A stretch of DNA of 64,000 nt from NCBI GenBank assembly GCA_951406725.2, contig OX597816.1:182218001-182282000 (forward strand), read 5' to 3'. Under the pieces are notes generated by a model. It ran no database searches. It was not told where the DNA came from and saw only the letters and a list, made by a program, of their open reading frames with translations. Each line of letters starts with the position of its first letter. The stretch's first letter is position 1. Positions 52,090 to 64,000 of the stretch are shown in pieces. A program made the translations under genes and the position numbers. The stretch comes from Octopus vulgaris (lineage: Eukaryota).

Positions 52090-53640
52090 CTGCCCGGGAG
52101 ATGAACCCAGGTGCAGATGCTCCTACCAGCACCAAAAGCCATGGACATGGAGATGAAAAAACCAAAAAAGGAAGAAAAACTGAAGCTAAAACACAGACAA
52201 AGCCAAGGGGCAAAGCAGCCAGGGACAGAGGCAAACCTAACTATCCATATGCCAAAAAGGATGGAAACAAGCAGCGCACACGGGTGTGTGGGTTCTACCT
52301 GAAAGGTGCCTGCCGGCATGGAGAGGAAGGTGCAGGCTGCCGCTTTGCACATCCGGGACCCTGCCACAGAAACCAACCACCGAAAGGAAATGGGATGGAC
52401 CACGCATCACCTGCCCCAAAACGGAGGTACGCAGATGTGGTGCGTACCACAAACCACCAACGTGTTGTTGAAAGGGCAGCTGCTGAGCAAGAATCTTTTT
52501 GTGCATGGCACAAAAGATTGTACAGCAGCTAACCTGGCTCCATCAGGCTCAGGCTCGCAGATGGAACTGCCCACAGTTCACAAGACCGCCACAGCAGATG
52601 GACCCAGGGTGGACACCGCCGGCAACAGCATACACCTCACCTCGATGCTCCCTACTGAACATCAGAGGACTACTAACACACAGTAACAGGACAAAAGTCC
52701 CGTTCCTGAGAGACTTTCTCGCATGCAATCAAGCCTTATGCATAGCACTCACAGAAACGCATCTGAAACCGAACATAGCAGATGCGGAATTACACATACC
52801 ACAGTATGTTGTACTACGGACCGACAGGAAAGAAAGGAGTCATGGAGGAGTTGCTATGTACATCCGTGGGGACCTCACACCCCAGGTCCTTTTGTCATAC
52901 TCAAACTCGGTGTGTGACACACTAATTGTACACATAAGGCAACTTGATGTAGTTGTGTGTGCTACATATCGCCCTCCAGATGCCCCAAGTCATATGGGCA
53001 AGTTTGAGGACTGCCTTATAAAAATAAAAGAAGTTCTAGTCACACTAGAACAGCACATAAGTGTACTTCTTATGGGAGACTTCAACCTACCCAATGTCAG
53101 ATGGCCCGAGGGCCTTTCTCTCCCAGGAATGACACGATATGAACGGGGACAGGCGAGGTCCCTCCTGAACCTCATCAACACCCTGTACATGGAGCAAGTA
53201 ATACTCCAACCAACCAGAGCAGGTAACACACTGGATCTCTGCTTCACAAATAATATGGATCTCATCCATAATGTGAAAGTGACACCGACACTACTCTCGG
53301 ATCACAACATGGTAGAGCTGACCATGTACGGGCCAAAGGAAAGCATGGACATGCAGCCTACAAGAAACTCTCAGAATCTTTCCAGCTTGAACTTCCACAA
53401 GGCAAACTGGAAACAAATTGAGAAAGAGATCCTCAAACAAAACTGGACTAAATGTCTCTCCTCACCAGACATCGACATGAAACTTCAACAATTCATGTCT
53501 GTAATGCAAGCCATTTGCTACAAATGTGTCCCAGAGAGAAAGGCCACTGTATACAAGAACAAAATCCCCAGAGAGAGGAAAATTCTAATGAGACAGCGTA
53601 CAAAAATCTCAAATCGCCTAAACAAACAAATTGAAAGCAG
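52090..53640 (+). mobile_element. CR1-group LINE 5' part: ORF1 with CCCH zinc finger + APE endonuclease, 3'-truncated
   Basis: [13 protein letters not shown]...GCRFAHP, then LNIRGL, ALTETHL, HGGVAMY, YRPP, MGDFNLP, NTLDLCFTN, SDHN. Starts in a (TA)n tract. Confidence 0.9.
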
Positions 53641-53816
53641 TGAACAGGTCGCGGATTTTAGCGACGAAAATATTTTGACAAATTAATCTTAAATGTTGAA
53701 GTGAATCGAACGGTTTTTGTGTGTTTCTTAAATGGCTTATAAACACCTTCTACGCTGCAATTGTTTTCGTTTCAGCACACGATCTCAGATCAAATTACTT
53801 GCTATGCGAGTACATC

Positions 53817-53817
53817 T

Positions 53818-53853
<36 letters not shown>

Positions 53854-54243
53854 CTGTATATATATGTATGTATATCTGTATATATATGTATGTATATCTG
53901 TATATATATGTATCTATATCTGTATATATATGTATGTATATCTGTATATATATGTATGTATATCTATATATATATATGTATCTATATCTATATATATATG
54001 TATGTATATCTATATATATATGTATGTATATCTATATATATATGTATGTATATCTATATATATATGTATGTATATCTATATATATATATGTATGTATATC
54101 TATATATGCATGTATATATATATATGTATGTATATCTATATATGTATGTATATATATGTATATATATGTATATATATATATATATACATGTATATATACA
54201 TGTATATATACATATATATATATATGTATATATACATGTATAT

Positions 54244-54309
<66 letters not shown>

Positions 54310-54338
54310 GTATATATATGTATATATACATATACATA
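53817..54338. repeat. Compound TA/TATG microsatellite
   Basis: Directly visible. Similar tracts at 49048-49400, 55725-56318, 59281-59386 and many shorter (TA)n runs. Confidence 0.95.
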
Positions 54339-54815
54339 TCATCATCATCGTTTAACGTCCGTTTTCCGCGCTAGCACGGGTTGGACGGTTTCGACCGGGG
54401 TCTGGGGAGCTCGGGACTGCCCCAGGCTCCAGTCTAGTCTGGCAGTGTTTCTACAGCTGGATGCCCTTCCTAACGCCAACCACTCCGCGAGTGTAGTGGG
54501 TGTTTTTACGTGCCACCTGCACAGGTGCCAGAGGGGTCTGGCATCGGCCACGTTCGGATGGTGCTTTTTATGTGTGGGGGTGCAGAAATATAGGGGAGCA
54601 CCAGTGGGGAGGGGTGGTTCAGAGAAATGATGACAGGTTCTAGGCAAGTAGAACGTAGGATATCGAGAGAGGGGTAATGCATGGTGAAATAGCGTATTGA
54701 AGAGGGGGGGTTCGAAGAGTAGACACCTATAATGGTGGTGGGAGAAGCGACATCCGGTATAGATGGAGCAAAATATAGAGATATCCGGTATTGGTGGTGG
54801 GCAGGGCGGGTGCAC

Positions 54816-55500
54816 CGCGAAGATACGAAGTTTGATTTTAGACGAATGAAGATAGATAGATAGATAGATAGAGAAATTAGATAGATAGAGAAATTTGATA
54901 AATAGTTAGACAGATAGAGAAACATAAATAAATGGTAACCGAAGTGAAAATTAAGCATTCAACTTATCTGCACTCAGGACTACAGCTTGTAGATGAATGA
55001 GAGAGTGAGAGAGAGAGAGAGAGAGAACATATGTGTATTAGAGGGGACATACTTCAAGATGGCGCGAAGATACGAAGTTTGATTTTAGACGAATGAAGAT
55101 AGATAGATAGATAGATAGAGAAATTAGATAGATAGAGAAATTTGATAAATAGTTAGACAGATAGAGAAACATAAGAGGGAGTATCCGGTGTAGATGGTGA
55201 GAACAGTGTTCACCGGTATTGGTGGTGGGGATGATTGGGAGAAGATGAGGTTTTAGGCGGCAGAAAGAAGACAGGATTGAGATGAAATGCTTTGCGGTGG
55301 TGTGAATAAGTTTTTTGTGAGTGAAAGTTTTTATGCTTCAGCTAGCATTTGAGACGAAAGACAACGATAACGCTATTAGATGGGGATACAATAATAATAA
55401 GGCTTGCAAAAACAATGAAAAGAGGAAACAGGTCGGGAACTTAGCTGATGTTTTTCATCCTGCGGTATTGGCTAAGCCTGTGGAAGCGAGTGAAGGTGAG

Positions 55501-55558
<58 letters not shown>

Positions 55559-55727
55559 TGAAAAACAGAGGGAGAACCGACACCACATAGCGAGAGAGAG
55601 AGAGAGAGAGACATAGTGACACCGCGCATTGGGAGAAGATGAGGTTTTAGGCGGCGGAAAGAAGACAGGATTGAGATGAAATGCTTTGCGGTGGTGTGAA
55701 TAAGTTTTTGTGAGTGAAAGTTTTTAT
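54816..55727 (+). repeat. Two local direct duplications (112 bp and ~100 bp)
   Basis: 54816-54927 = 55063-55174, and 55234-55334 ~ 55628-55727. Confidence 0.85.
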
Positions 55728-55743
55728 ATACATATATATATAC

Positions 55744-55775
<32 letters not shown>

Positions 55776-55793
55776 ATACATATATATATATAC

Positions 55794-55824
<31 letters not shown>

Positions 55825-55835
55825 CATATATATAC

Positions 55836-56000
<165 letters not shown>

Positions 56001-56023
56001 CATATATACATATATATATATAC

Positions 56024-56316
<293 letters not shown>

Positions 56317-56757
56317 CACAGGATCTCTGGCCTGGTGGTACGTAAAAGCACTATCCGACTCGTGGCCGTGGCACGTAAAATACTCAATGCGACCGTACGA
56401 CAGGCACCCATGCCAACCCCCTTTGCTTGTGAAGACATGTTGGGGCAAGCGAAATCGAAATCGAATTGAACCAGCCAGGATCCCTGGTCTGGTGGTACGT
56501 AAAAAGCACTATCCGACTCGTGGCCGTTGCCAGCCTCGCCTGGCACCTGTGCAGGTGGCACGTAAAAAGCACCCACTACACTCACGGAGTGGTTGGCGTT
56601 AGGAAGGGCATCCAGCTGTAGAAACATTGCCAGATTAGACTGGAGCCTGGTGCAGCCTTCTGGCTTCCCAGAACCCCGGTCGAACCGTCCAACCCATGCT
56701 AGCATGGAGAACGGACGTTAAACGATGATGATGATGATGATGATGATATATATATAC

Positions 56758-56822
<65 letters not shown>

Positions 56823-56873
56823 CATACATAAATATATATATACATATATACATATATATATATATACATATAT

Positions 56874-57809
56874 CTGCCCGGGAGATGAACCCAGGTGCGG
56901 ATGCTCCTACCAGCACCAAAAGCCATGGACATGGAGATGAAAAAACCAAAAAAGGAAGAAAACTGAAGCTAAAACACAGACAAAGCCAAGGGGCAAGGCA
57001 GCCAGGGATAGAGGCAAACCTAACTATCCATATGCCAAAAAGGATGGAAACAAGCAGCGCACACGGGTATGTAGGTTCTACCTGAAAGGTGCCTGCCGGC
57101 ATGGAGAGGAAGGTGCAGGCTGCCGCTTTGCACATCCGGGACCCTGCCACAGAAACCAACCACCGAAAGGAAATGGGATGGACCACGCATCACCTGCCCC
57201 AAAACGGAGGTACGCAGATGTGGTGCGTACCACAAACCACCAACGTGTTGTTGAAAGGGCAGCTGCTGAGCAGGAATCTTTTTTGTGCATGGCACAAAAG
57301 ATTGTACAGCAGCTAACCTGGCTCCATCAGGCTCAGGCTCGCAGATGGAACTGCCCACAGTTCACAAGACCGCCACAGCAGATGGACCCAGGGTGGACAC
57401 CGCCGGCAACAGCATACACCTCACCTCGATGCTCCTACTGAACATCAGAGGACTACTAACACACAGTAACAGGACAAAAGTCCTGTTCCTGAGAGACTTT
57501 CTCGCATGCAATCAAGCCTTATACATAGCACTCACAGAAACGCATCTGAAACCGGACATAGCAGATGCGGAATTACACATACCACAGTATGTTGTACTAC
57601 GGACCGACAGGAAAGAAAGGAGTCATGGAGGAGTTGCTATGTACATCCGTGGGGACCTCACACCCCAGGTCCTTTTGTCATACTCAAACTCGGTGTGTGA
57701 CACACTAATTGTACACATAAGGCAACTTGATGTAGTTGTGTGTGCTACATATCGCCCTCCAGATGCCCCAAGTCATATGGGCAAGTTTGAGGACTGCCTT
57801 ATAAAAATA
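56874..57809 (+). mobile_element. Second copy of the CR1-group LINE 5' part
   Basis: Near-identical to 52090-53026, including the upstream RTE tail and TA tract. Confidence 0.9.
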
Positions 57810-58475
57810 TACACATACATATTTATATATGTGTGTGTGTGTGTGTGCGTATATATATATATACATTTATATACACACACACTTATATATATAGATACGT
57901 TTACACACAAACAACACAGATATGTATAAAGTGTGTGTGTGTGTGTGTGTGTGGACAGACATAACTTTTGGTTCTTAAAAGCCGATATCCTGCTTGTGTA
58001 CAACAACATACAACAATACAGATCTATATATTTATATATATAGATCTATATTTATATGTATAATCTATATCTATATATATATATATTTATGCACACACAC
58101 ACACACACACGTGTATATAAATAATCGATTACATATATATTTATTTAAACATATATACACATATACATATATGTGTGTGTGTGTGTGTATAATCGACATA
58201 TATGCAATATGTTAAGCTCTTTCCATCACAACCATCCACCCAGGGTATGAGAAAACAATACCCATAGAATATTAACAATGTTCTGCTTCATAACACTTGG
58301 TAACATCTTGTAACATCAACTTCTGTTTTCCAATAGTTTGCTCAATGTAATAAACTAACAGACACTCCATTTATGAGTGAGCGGCGCAATTTGTGGCGGC
58401 TTTTGTTGTTTTTTATTCTTTTCCACAATCTATAGAAGTATTTCAGTATATTGGCTGGTAATTGATTCCTCTCTC

Positions 58476-58499
58476 GTGCGTGTGTGTGTGTGTGTGTGA

Positions 58500-58540
<41 letters not shown>

Positions 58541-58630
58541 GATGTGTGTGTGTGTGTGGACGTGTGTGTGTGAGTGTGTGTGTGTGTGTGTGTGTCTGTG
58601 TCAGTGCTTGTGTGTGAGTCTCTGTGTGAT

Positions 58631-58703
<73 letters not shown>

Positions 58704-59280
58704 TGTGTGTGTGCATGTGTGTGTGTGCATGTGTGGACGTGTGTGTGTGAGTGTGTGTATGTGTGTGTGCCTGTGTGAGTGCTTGTGTGTGAGTTTCTGT
58801 GTGATGGTGTGTGTGTGGATGTGTATGTGGACGTGTGTGCAGATGTGTGTGTGTGAGTGAGTGTGTGTATGCGTGTATGTGGATGTGTGTGTATGTGTGT
58901 GTGGCAGTGTGTGGAAGTATGTGTGTACGTATGTGTGTGGATGTGGATACGTGTCTGTGTGTGTGTGTGGATGTGTGTGTGGATGTGTGTGTGTGTGGAT
59001 GTGTGTGCATGTGTGTGAGTGTGTGTATGTGTGTGTGAGTGCTTGTGTGTGAGTCTCTGTGTGATGGTGTGTGTGTGTGTGGACGTGTGTGCGGATGTGT
59101 GTATGTGTGAGTGAGTGTGTGTATGTGGATGTGTGTGTGGCAGTGTGTGGAAGTATGTGTGTATGTATGTGTGTGGATGTGGATACGTGTGTGTGTGTAT
59201 ATGTATGTGTGTGTATGTGGATATGTGTGTATGTGTGTGAGTGTGTGGGCGGGACATGTGTGTATGTGTGTGTGTGGATG
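58476..59280. repeat. Complex (GT)n tract with higher-order repeats
   Basis: The motif GTGCTTGTGTGTGAGTYTCTGTGTGATGG recurs near 58604, 58779 and 59039. Confidence 0.9.
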
Positions 59281-59284
59281 TATG

Positions 59285-59319
<35 letters not shown>

Positions 59320-59330
59320 GTTTATATATA

Positions 59331-59385
<55 letters not shown>

Positions 59386-59389
<4 letters not shown>

Positions 59390-59445
59390 AAGTTAGACAT
59401 GGCCTGGGCCAATAATGGCCGAAACCTATCAAAGTATCAAAGTAT
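59386..59445 (+). mobile_element. Extremely 5'-truncated CR1-group LINE 3' end
   Basis: TATTAAGTTAGACATGGCCTGG..CCA...TGG.CGAAAC matches 21033-21080, followed by a (TATCAAAG)2 tail, in (TA)n. Confidence 0.75.
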
Positions 59446-59491
59446 ATATATTTTTATATATATGTGTATATATATATATATTTGTATATAT

Positions 59492-59523
<32 letters not shown>

Positions 59524-59529
59524 GAATAT

Positions 59530-61566
59530 GGATCAGGTAATGAAGGTTACGGATAGGGTCATAGCCCAACTAATTAGAGAGAGAGTTAGCTTAGATGAGA
59601 TGCAGTTTGGGTTCGTGCCAGGGAAAAGTACTACTGATGCTATATTCCTGGTAAGACAGCTGCAGGAGAAATACCTAGCCAAAGATAACCCCCTGTATCT
59701 GGCTTTTGTTGACATGGAGAAAGCCTTTGACAGGGTCCCCCGATCCCTTATCTGGTGGTCATTGAGGAAACTAGGAATAGATGAATGGTGAGTGAGAGCT
59801 GTGCGAGCCATGTACAGAGACGCTGCTAGTAAGGTGAGGGTTGGCAGTGAATACAGTGAAGAATTCCGGGTAGAGGTTGGGGTCCACCAAGGTTCAGTCC
59901 TCAGTCCCCTCCTATTTATCATAGTCCTCCAGGCAATAACGGAGGAATTCAAGACAGGATGCCCCTGGGAGCTCCTCTATGCTGATGACCTTGCTCTAAT
60001 TGCTGAGTCACTATCAGAACTGGAGGAGAAGTTTCAGGTGTGGAAGCGAGGATTAGAATTAAAGGGCCTTAGAATCAAACTGGCCAAAACCTAAGTCCTA
60101 ATAAGTAGGAACGTAGACCAATCACAAACGCCTTCAGGTAGATGGCCCTGCTCGATCTGTAAAAAAGGTGTAGGTAGAAACTCTATAAGATGCACCAAGT
60201 GTAAGCTATGGACACATAAGAGGTGCAGCAATGTCAAAGGAAAGCTAACTAGGAAAATAGTTTTTGTATATGGCAGATGCTCAGGAACAATAAACACTGA
60301 AAATGCGCAGAGACCAACTTCTACCACATTCCAGGGAGAAAAACTAGAAGTAGTTGATAGCTTCTGCTACCTAGGTGACCAAGTCAGTAGTGGGGGTGGG
60401 GGTGCTGAAAGTGTAACTGCTAGAGTAAGAATAGCCTGGGCAAAGTTTAGAGTGCTTTTACCCCTGCTGGTGACAAAAGGCCACTTGCTCAGAGTAAAAG
60501 CAAACTGTATGATGCATGTGTACGAACAGCCATGCTACATGGTAGTGAAACATGGGCTGTGACTGCTGAGGATATGCGTAAGCTCACAAGAAATGAAGCC
60601 AGTATGCTCCAATGGATGTGTAATGTCAGTGTTCATAATCGACAGAGTGTAAGTACCTTGAGAGAAAAGTTGGACCTAAGAAGCATCAGTTGTGGTGTTC
60701 GAGAGACGTTTGTGCTGGTATGGTCATGTGACAAGAATGGCTGAAGATAGTTGTGTGCAAAAGTGCCACACCCTAGCAGTTGAGGGAACCTGTGGAAGAG
60801 GTAGACCCAGGAAAACCTGGGACGAGGTGGTGAAGCACGACCTTCAAACTTTAGGTCTCACCAAGGAAAGGACTAGAGACCGAGACCTATGGAAGTATGC
60901 TGTGCGTGAGAAGACCCAGCAAGACTATTGAGACCATAACCTGTGGCCTCTACCTGGGATGTAGCCAGTCGACTTGTACATACCTTTCCTTCTTAGGACA
61001 CGGAACTCCGCTTGTGAAGACCCGTTGAGGCAAGTGAAAATCAAAATCAAACCAAATCAAATCAGATATCAGAAAGCAGAACCAAAATCGAACTTGATCA
61101 ACATCAATGGAAATTGCAGCTGTGATACCAGTGCCGGTGACAAGTAAGCGAACCATCCGATCGTGGCCGTTGCCAACGCCGCCCCGACTAGCCTCCGTGC
61201 TGGTGCCACGTAAAAAGCACCATCCGTTCGTGGCCATTGCTAGCCTCGCATGGCCCCCGTACTGGTGGCACATAAAAGCACCATCCGTTCTGGGCCGTTG
61301 CCAGCCTCGCCTGGCCCCCGTGCCTGTGGCACGTAAAAAGCACCATCCGTCCGTGGCCATTTGCCAGCTCCGTCTGGCACCTGTGCGGGTGGCACGTAAA
61401 AAGCACCCACTACACTCACGGAGTGGTTGGCGTTAGGAAGGACATCCAGTCGTAGAAACATTGCCAGATCAGACTGGGCCTGATGCAGCCTTGTGGCTTC
61501 AGACCCCAGTTGACCCGTCCAACCCATGCTAGCATGGAAAGCGGATGCTAAATGATGATGATGATG
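59530..61566 (+). mobile_element. 5'-truncated RTE LINE
   Basis: [28 protein letters not shown], a 3' UTR with repeated GGCACGTAAAAAGCACC, and a (GAT)n tail. Confidence 0.93.
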
Positions 61567-64000
61567 TATATATATATGTATATGTATATATATGTATACG
61601 TATATATATATATATATGTGTATATATATATATGTATATAAATAGTAAACTTATGTTTTATATATATAAGAATTCCGGGTAGGGGTATATGTATATATAG
61701 AAAATGCTTGCCCAAGATGCTACGCAGTAGGATTGAACTAGAAACCATGTGGTTGGAAAGCAAACTTCTTACCACATAGCCATGCCTGTCCAGAAATATG
61801 TTGTTCTTGTTGAGTAGTCTTCTGATTAAAGGTGTTCCAGTCATAACCATCCTGTCTTTCTCCTAATCATTGTATAGTTAGGAGTACATTATTCAATCTA
61901 TCCTATTTTTTCTTCTGACCGTTTGAGGCAAGAGAGTTTTGGCTGCTATTCCTAGCATCTAGAGTAACTACTTAGATGTCTCCTCAGAGGCTCCTGCAGA
62001 AATATGGTTATCTGTAAACTGTTGAGAATTTAAGAAACACAATTTGTTCCTTGAGACTTTGATTTTATGATGTTACCTTGGCAATTAATTACCTTGAAGT
62101 TGCAAACGTCACTGTGACAAAGAAAGATAACAAACTACAAAGGTTAGATTAATGAGTTCATTGAAAAGAGGCCATTGTTTACATTGCTGATAGACCAATA
62201 CAGGGAATCAACAACTATCTCTGTAATTGTCTTAACTTGACTGTTATTTTTTCGTGCAGATGGTGTCTCAGGATAATTTTCTTAAGTGATTATAATTATT
62301 TGACACCCACTTCATCATCGTTTAACGTCTGTTTTTCATGCTGGCATGGGTTAGATGGTTCAACAGGAGTCTGGGAAGCCAGGAAGCTGCACCAGGCTCC
62401 AGTCTGTTCTGGCAGTGTTTCTACAGCTGGATGCCCTTCCTAATGCCAACCACTCCGTGAGTGTAGTGGGTGCTTCTTATGTGCCACAGGGTCAGGGGCC
62501 AGAGGGTGCTTTTTATGTGCCACTGACAGAAGTGCCAGTTACGCAACACCGGCATTGGCCATGACTACAATCTCAGCGCAGTATATTGCCAGAGGTCTCG
62601 GTCATTTCTCACTGCTTCTGTGAGGCCCAATGTTTGAAACATTGCTTTTTACATCCCACTGGCACAGGTGCCAGTTATGCGACAATAGCATCTGCTATGA
62701 CTACATTTTCACTTGACTTGACAGGTCTTCTCAAGCACGGCATATAACCCAACGTTCGAAGGGTGCTTTTTATGTGCCAGCTATGCGACACTGGCATTGG
62801 CTATGACTAAGATTTCACCTGGTTTGACAGCCAATAGAAAAATTTTGTTATAATGTGGTAAATACAGAGAAGATTATACTGCACTGAGGAGGTGTAATAA
62901 AACTGAAACATGTCCACAGTTGTCTATGATACTTGCTAAGATCAGATTAAAATAATATTAATCCTTATACCAATATTTTCCTAACTTAAGGAAATGGGTG
63001 TGGTAACTTTATATTAAGGAGTGGAATGTATAATTTCTTGTAATTCAGACTGCCTTATGGTACCAGTGGACAAAATGGAAAAAGCGTTACCCAGAAGAAC
63101 TATTATTGATGTTCCTCTCCATTAATATGATGCTGCTAACTGTTATATATGGAAAACCGAAGCTTACTCCCCAACTGCATGGTTCCGGGTTCAGTCTTGC
63201 TGTATGGCACCTTGGGCAAGTGTCTTCTACTATAGCTTTGGGCTAACCAAAGCCTTGTGAGTGGATTTGGTAGCTGGAAACTGAAATAAGCCTGTTGTAT
63301 ATATACATATATATATGTGTGTATTTGTATTTGTCCCCTCCTCACTGCTTGACGACTGGTGTTGGTGTGCTTATGTCCCCATTGTCAAGCGTTTCGGTAA
63401 AAGAAACCGATGGAATAAGTACTAAGCTTTAAAAAAAAATAAGTCGATTTGTTTGACTAAAACCCTTCAAGGCTGCACTCCAGCATGGCCACAATCTAAT
63501 GACTGAAACAAGTAGAAGAATAAAGTTTAGTTGTGATTGAGCTGACTTATGATTGAAGTGTTCCAGCTATGACCATTTCTGTTTTCTTTTTTCGACGGAC
63601 GTAGTGTATGCACTCTTCACTACACCATCCAGTGAATGCTTAATTTAAGATAGTTGTGTGTGTGTGGGTTGAAGGAGATTTGGCTGCTATTTTTAGCAAG
63701 ACAAATAACCATGTACAGGCTCTGTTTTAGTATCAGTTGTGCGTTCAATATGCTGCTTTGTTGGCATCTTGTGTTGTGTTTTGTAGTTTAACTTGATTTC
63801 CAACTCGCATATAAAATTTCCTCATTCAGTCATCCATGCAGTATAGCCGCCTTTTACCAGAATTAGGTCATATAGTAATGCTGATGAAGATTTCTGTTCA
63901 CTTTTAGCCCAGTGAAAATTGTATACAAATGGTAATTGTAGATGGGCGACTATATACATAAATAACTTAAGGAAATGTAACTTTTATTACTAGAAAACCA

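Noticed and set aside
63875-63930. CUGAUGA...GAAA...GUA candidate HHR
   Set aside because: Stems I and III pair poorly, so it cannot be distinguished from chance.

Overview
AT-rich eukaryotic DNA made mostly of repeats. The repeat families and microsatellite load look like a coleoid cephalopod, probably Octopus; this is inferred from recalled repeat families and was not checked against a database. No intact host protein-coding gene can be supported, and most listed ORFs are microsatellite read-throughs or retroelement fragments. The window holds RTE LINEs (one near full-length with a ~42-46 bp target-site duplication), CR1-group LINEs (one with a CCCH zinc-finger ORF1), a Gypsy-like RT fragment, three or more tRNA-derived SINE families, non-autonomous Helitrons, hAT/piggyBac/pogo-like MITEs, and a 100-N gap next to a ~1.2 kb near-identical duplication. 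The main unannotated signal is a dense set of type I hammerhead ribozyme (HHR) motifs from several unrelated sequence families. Many sit in palindromic Penelope-like terminal remnants inserted in (TA)n tracts, one has a compensatory U3-A8 core, and a separate decayed family occurs dispersed and in tandem like a retrozyme. A candidate + strand first exon near 26.0-26.5 kb, followed by visible CpG loss from ~30 kb, suggests the right half is a large methylated intron.
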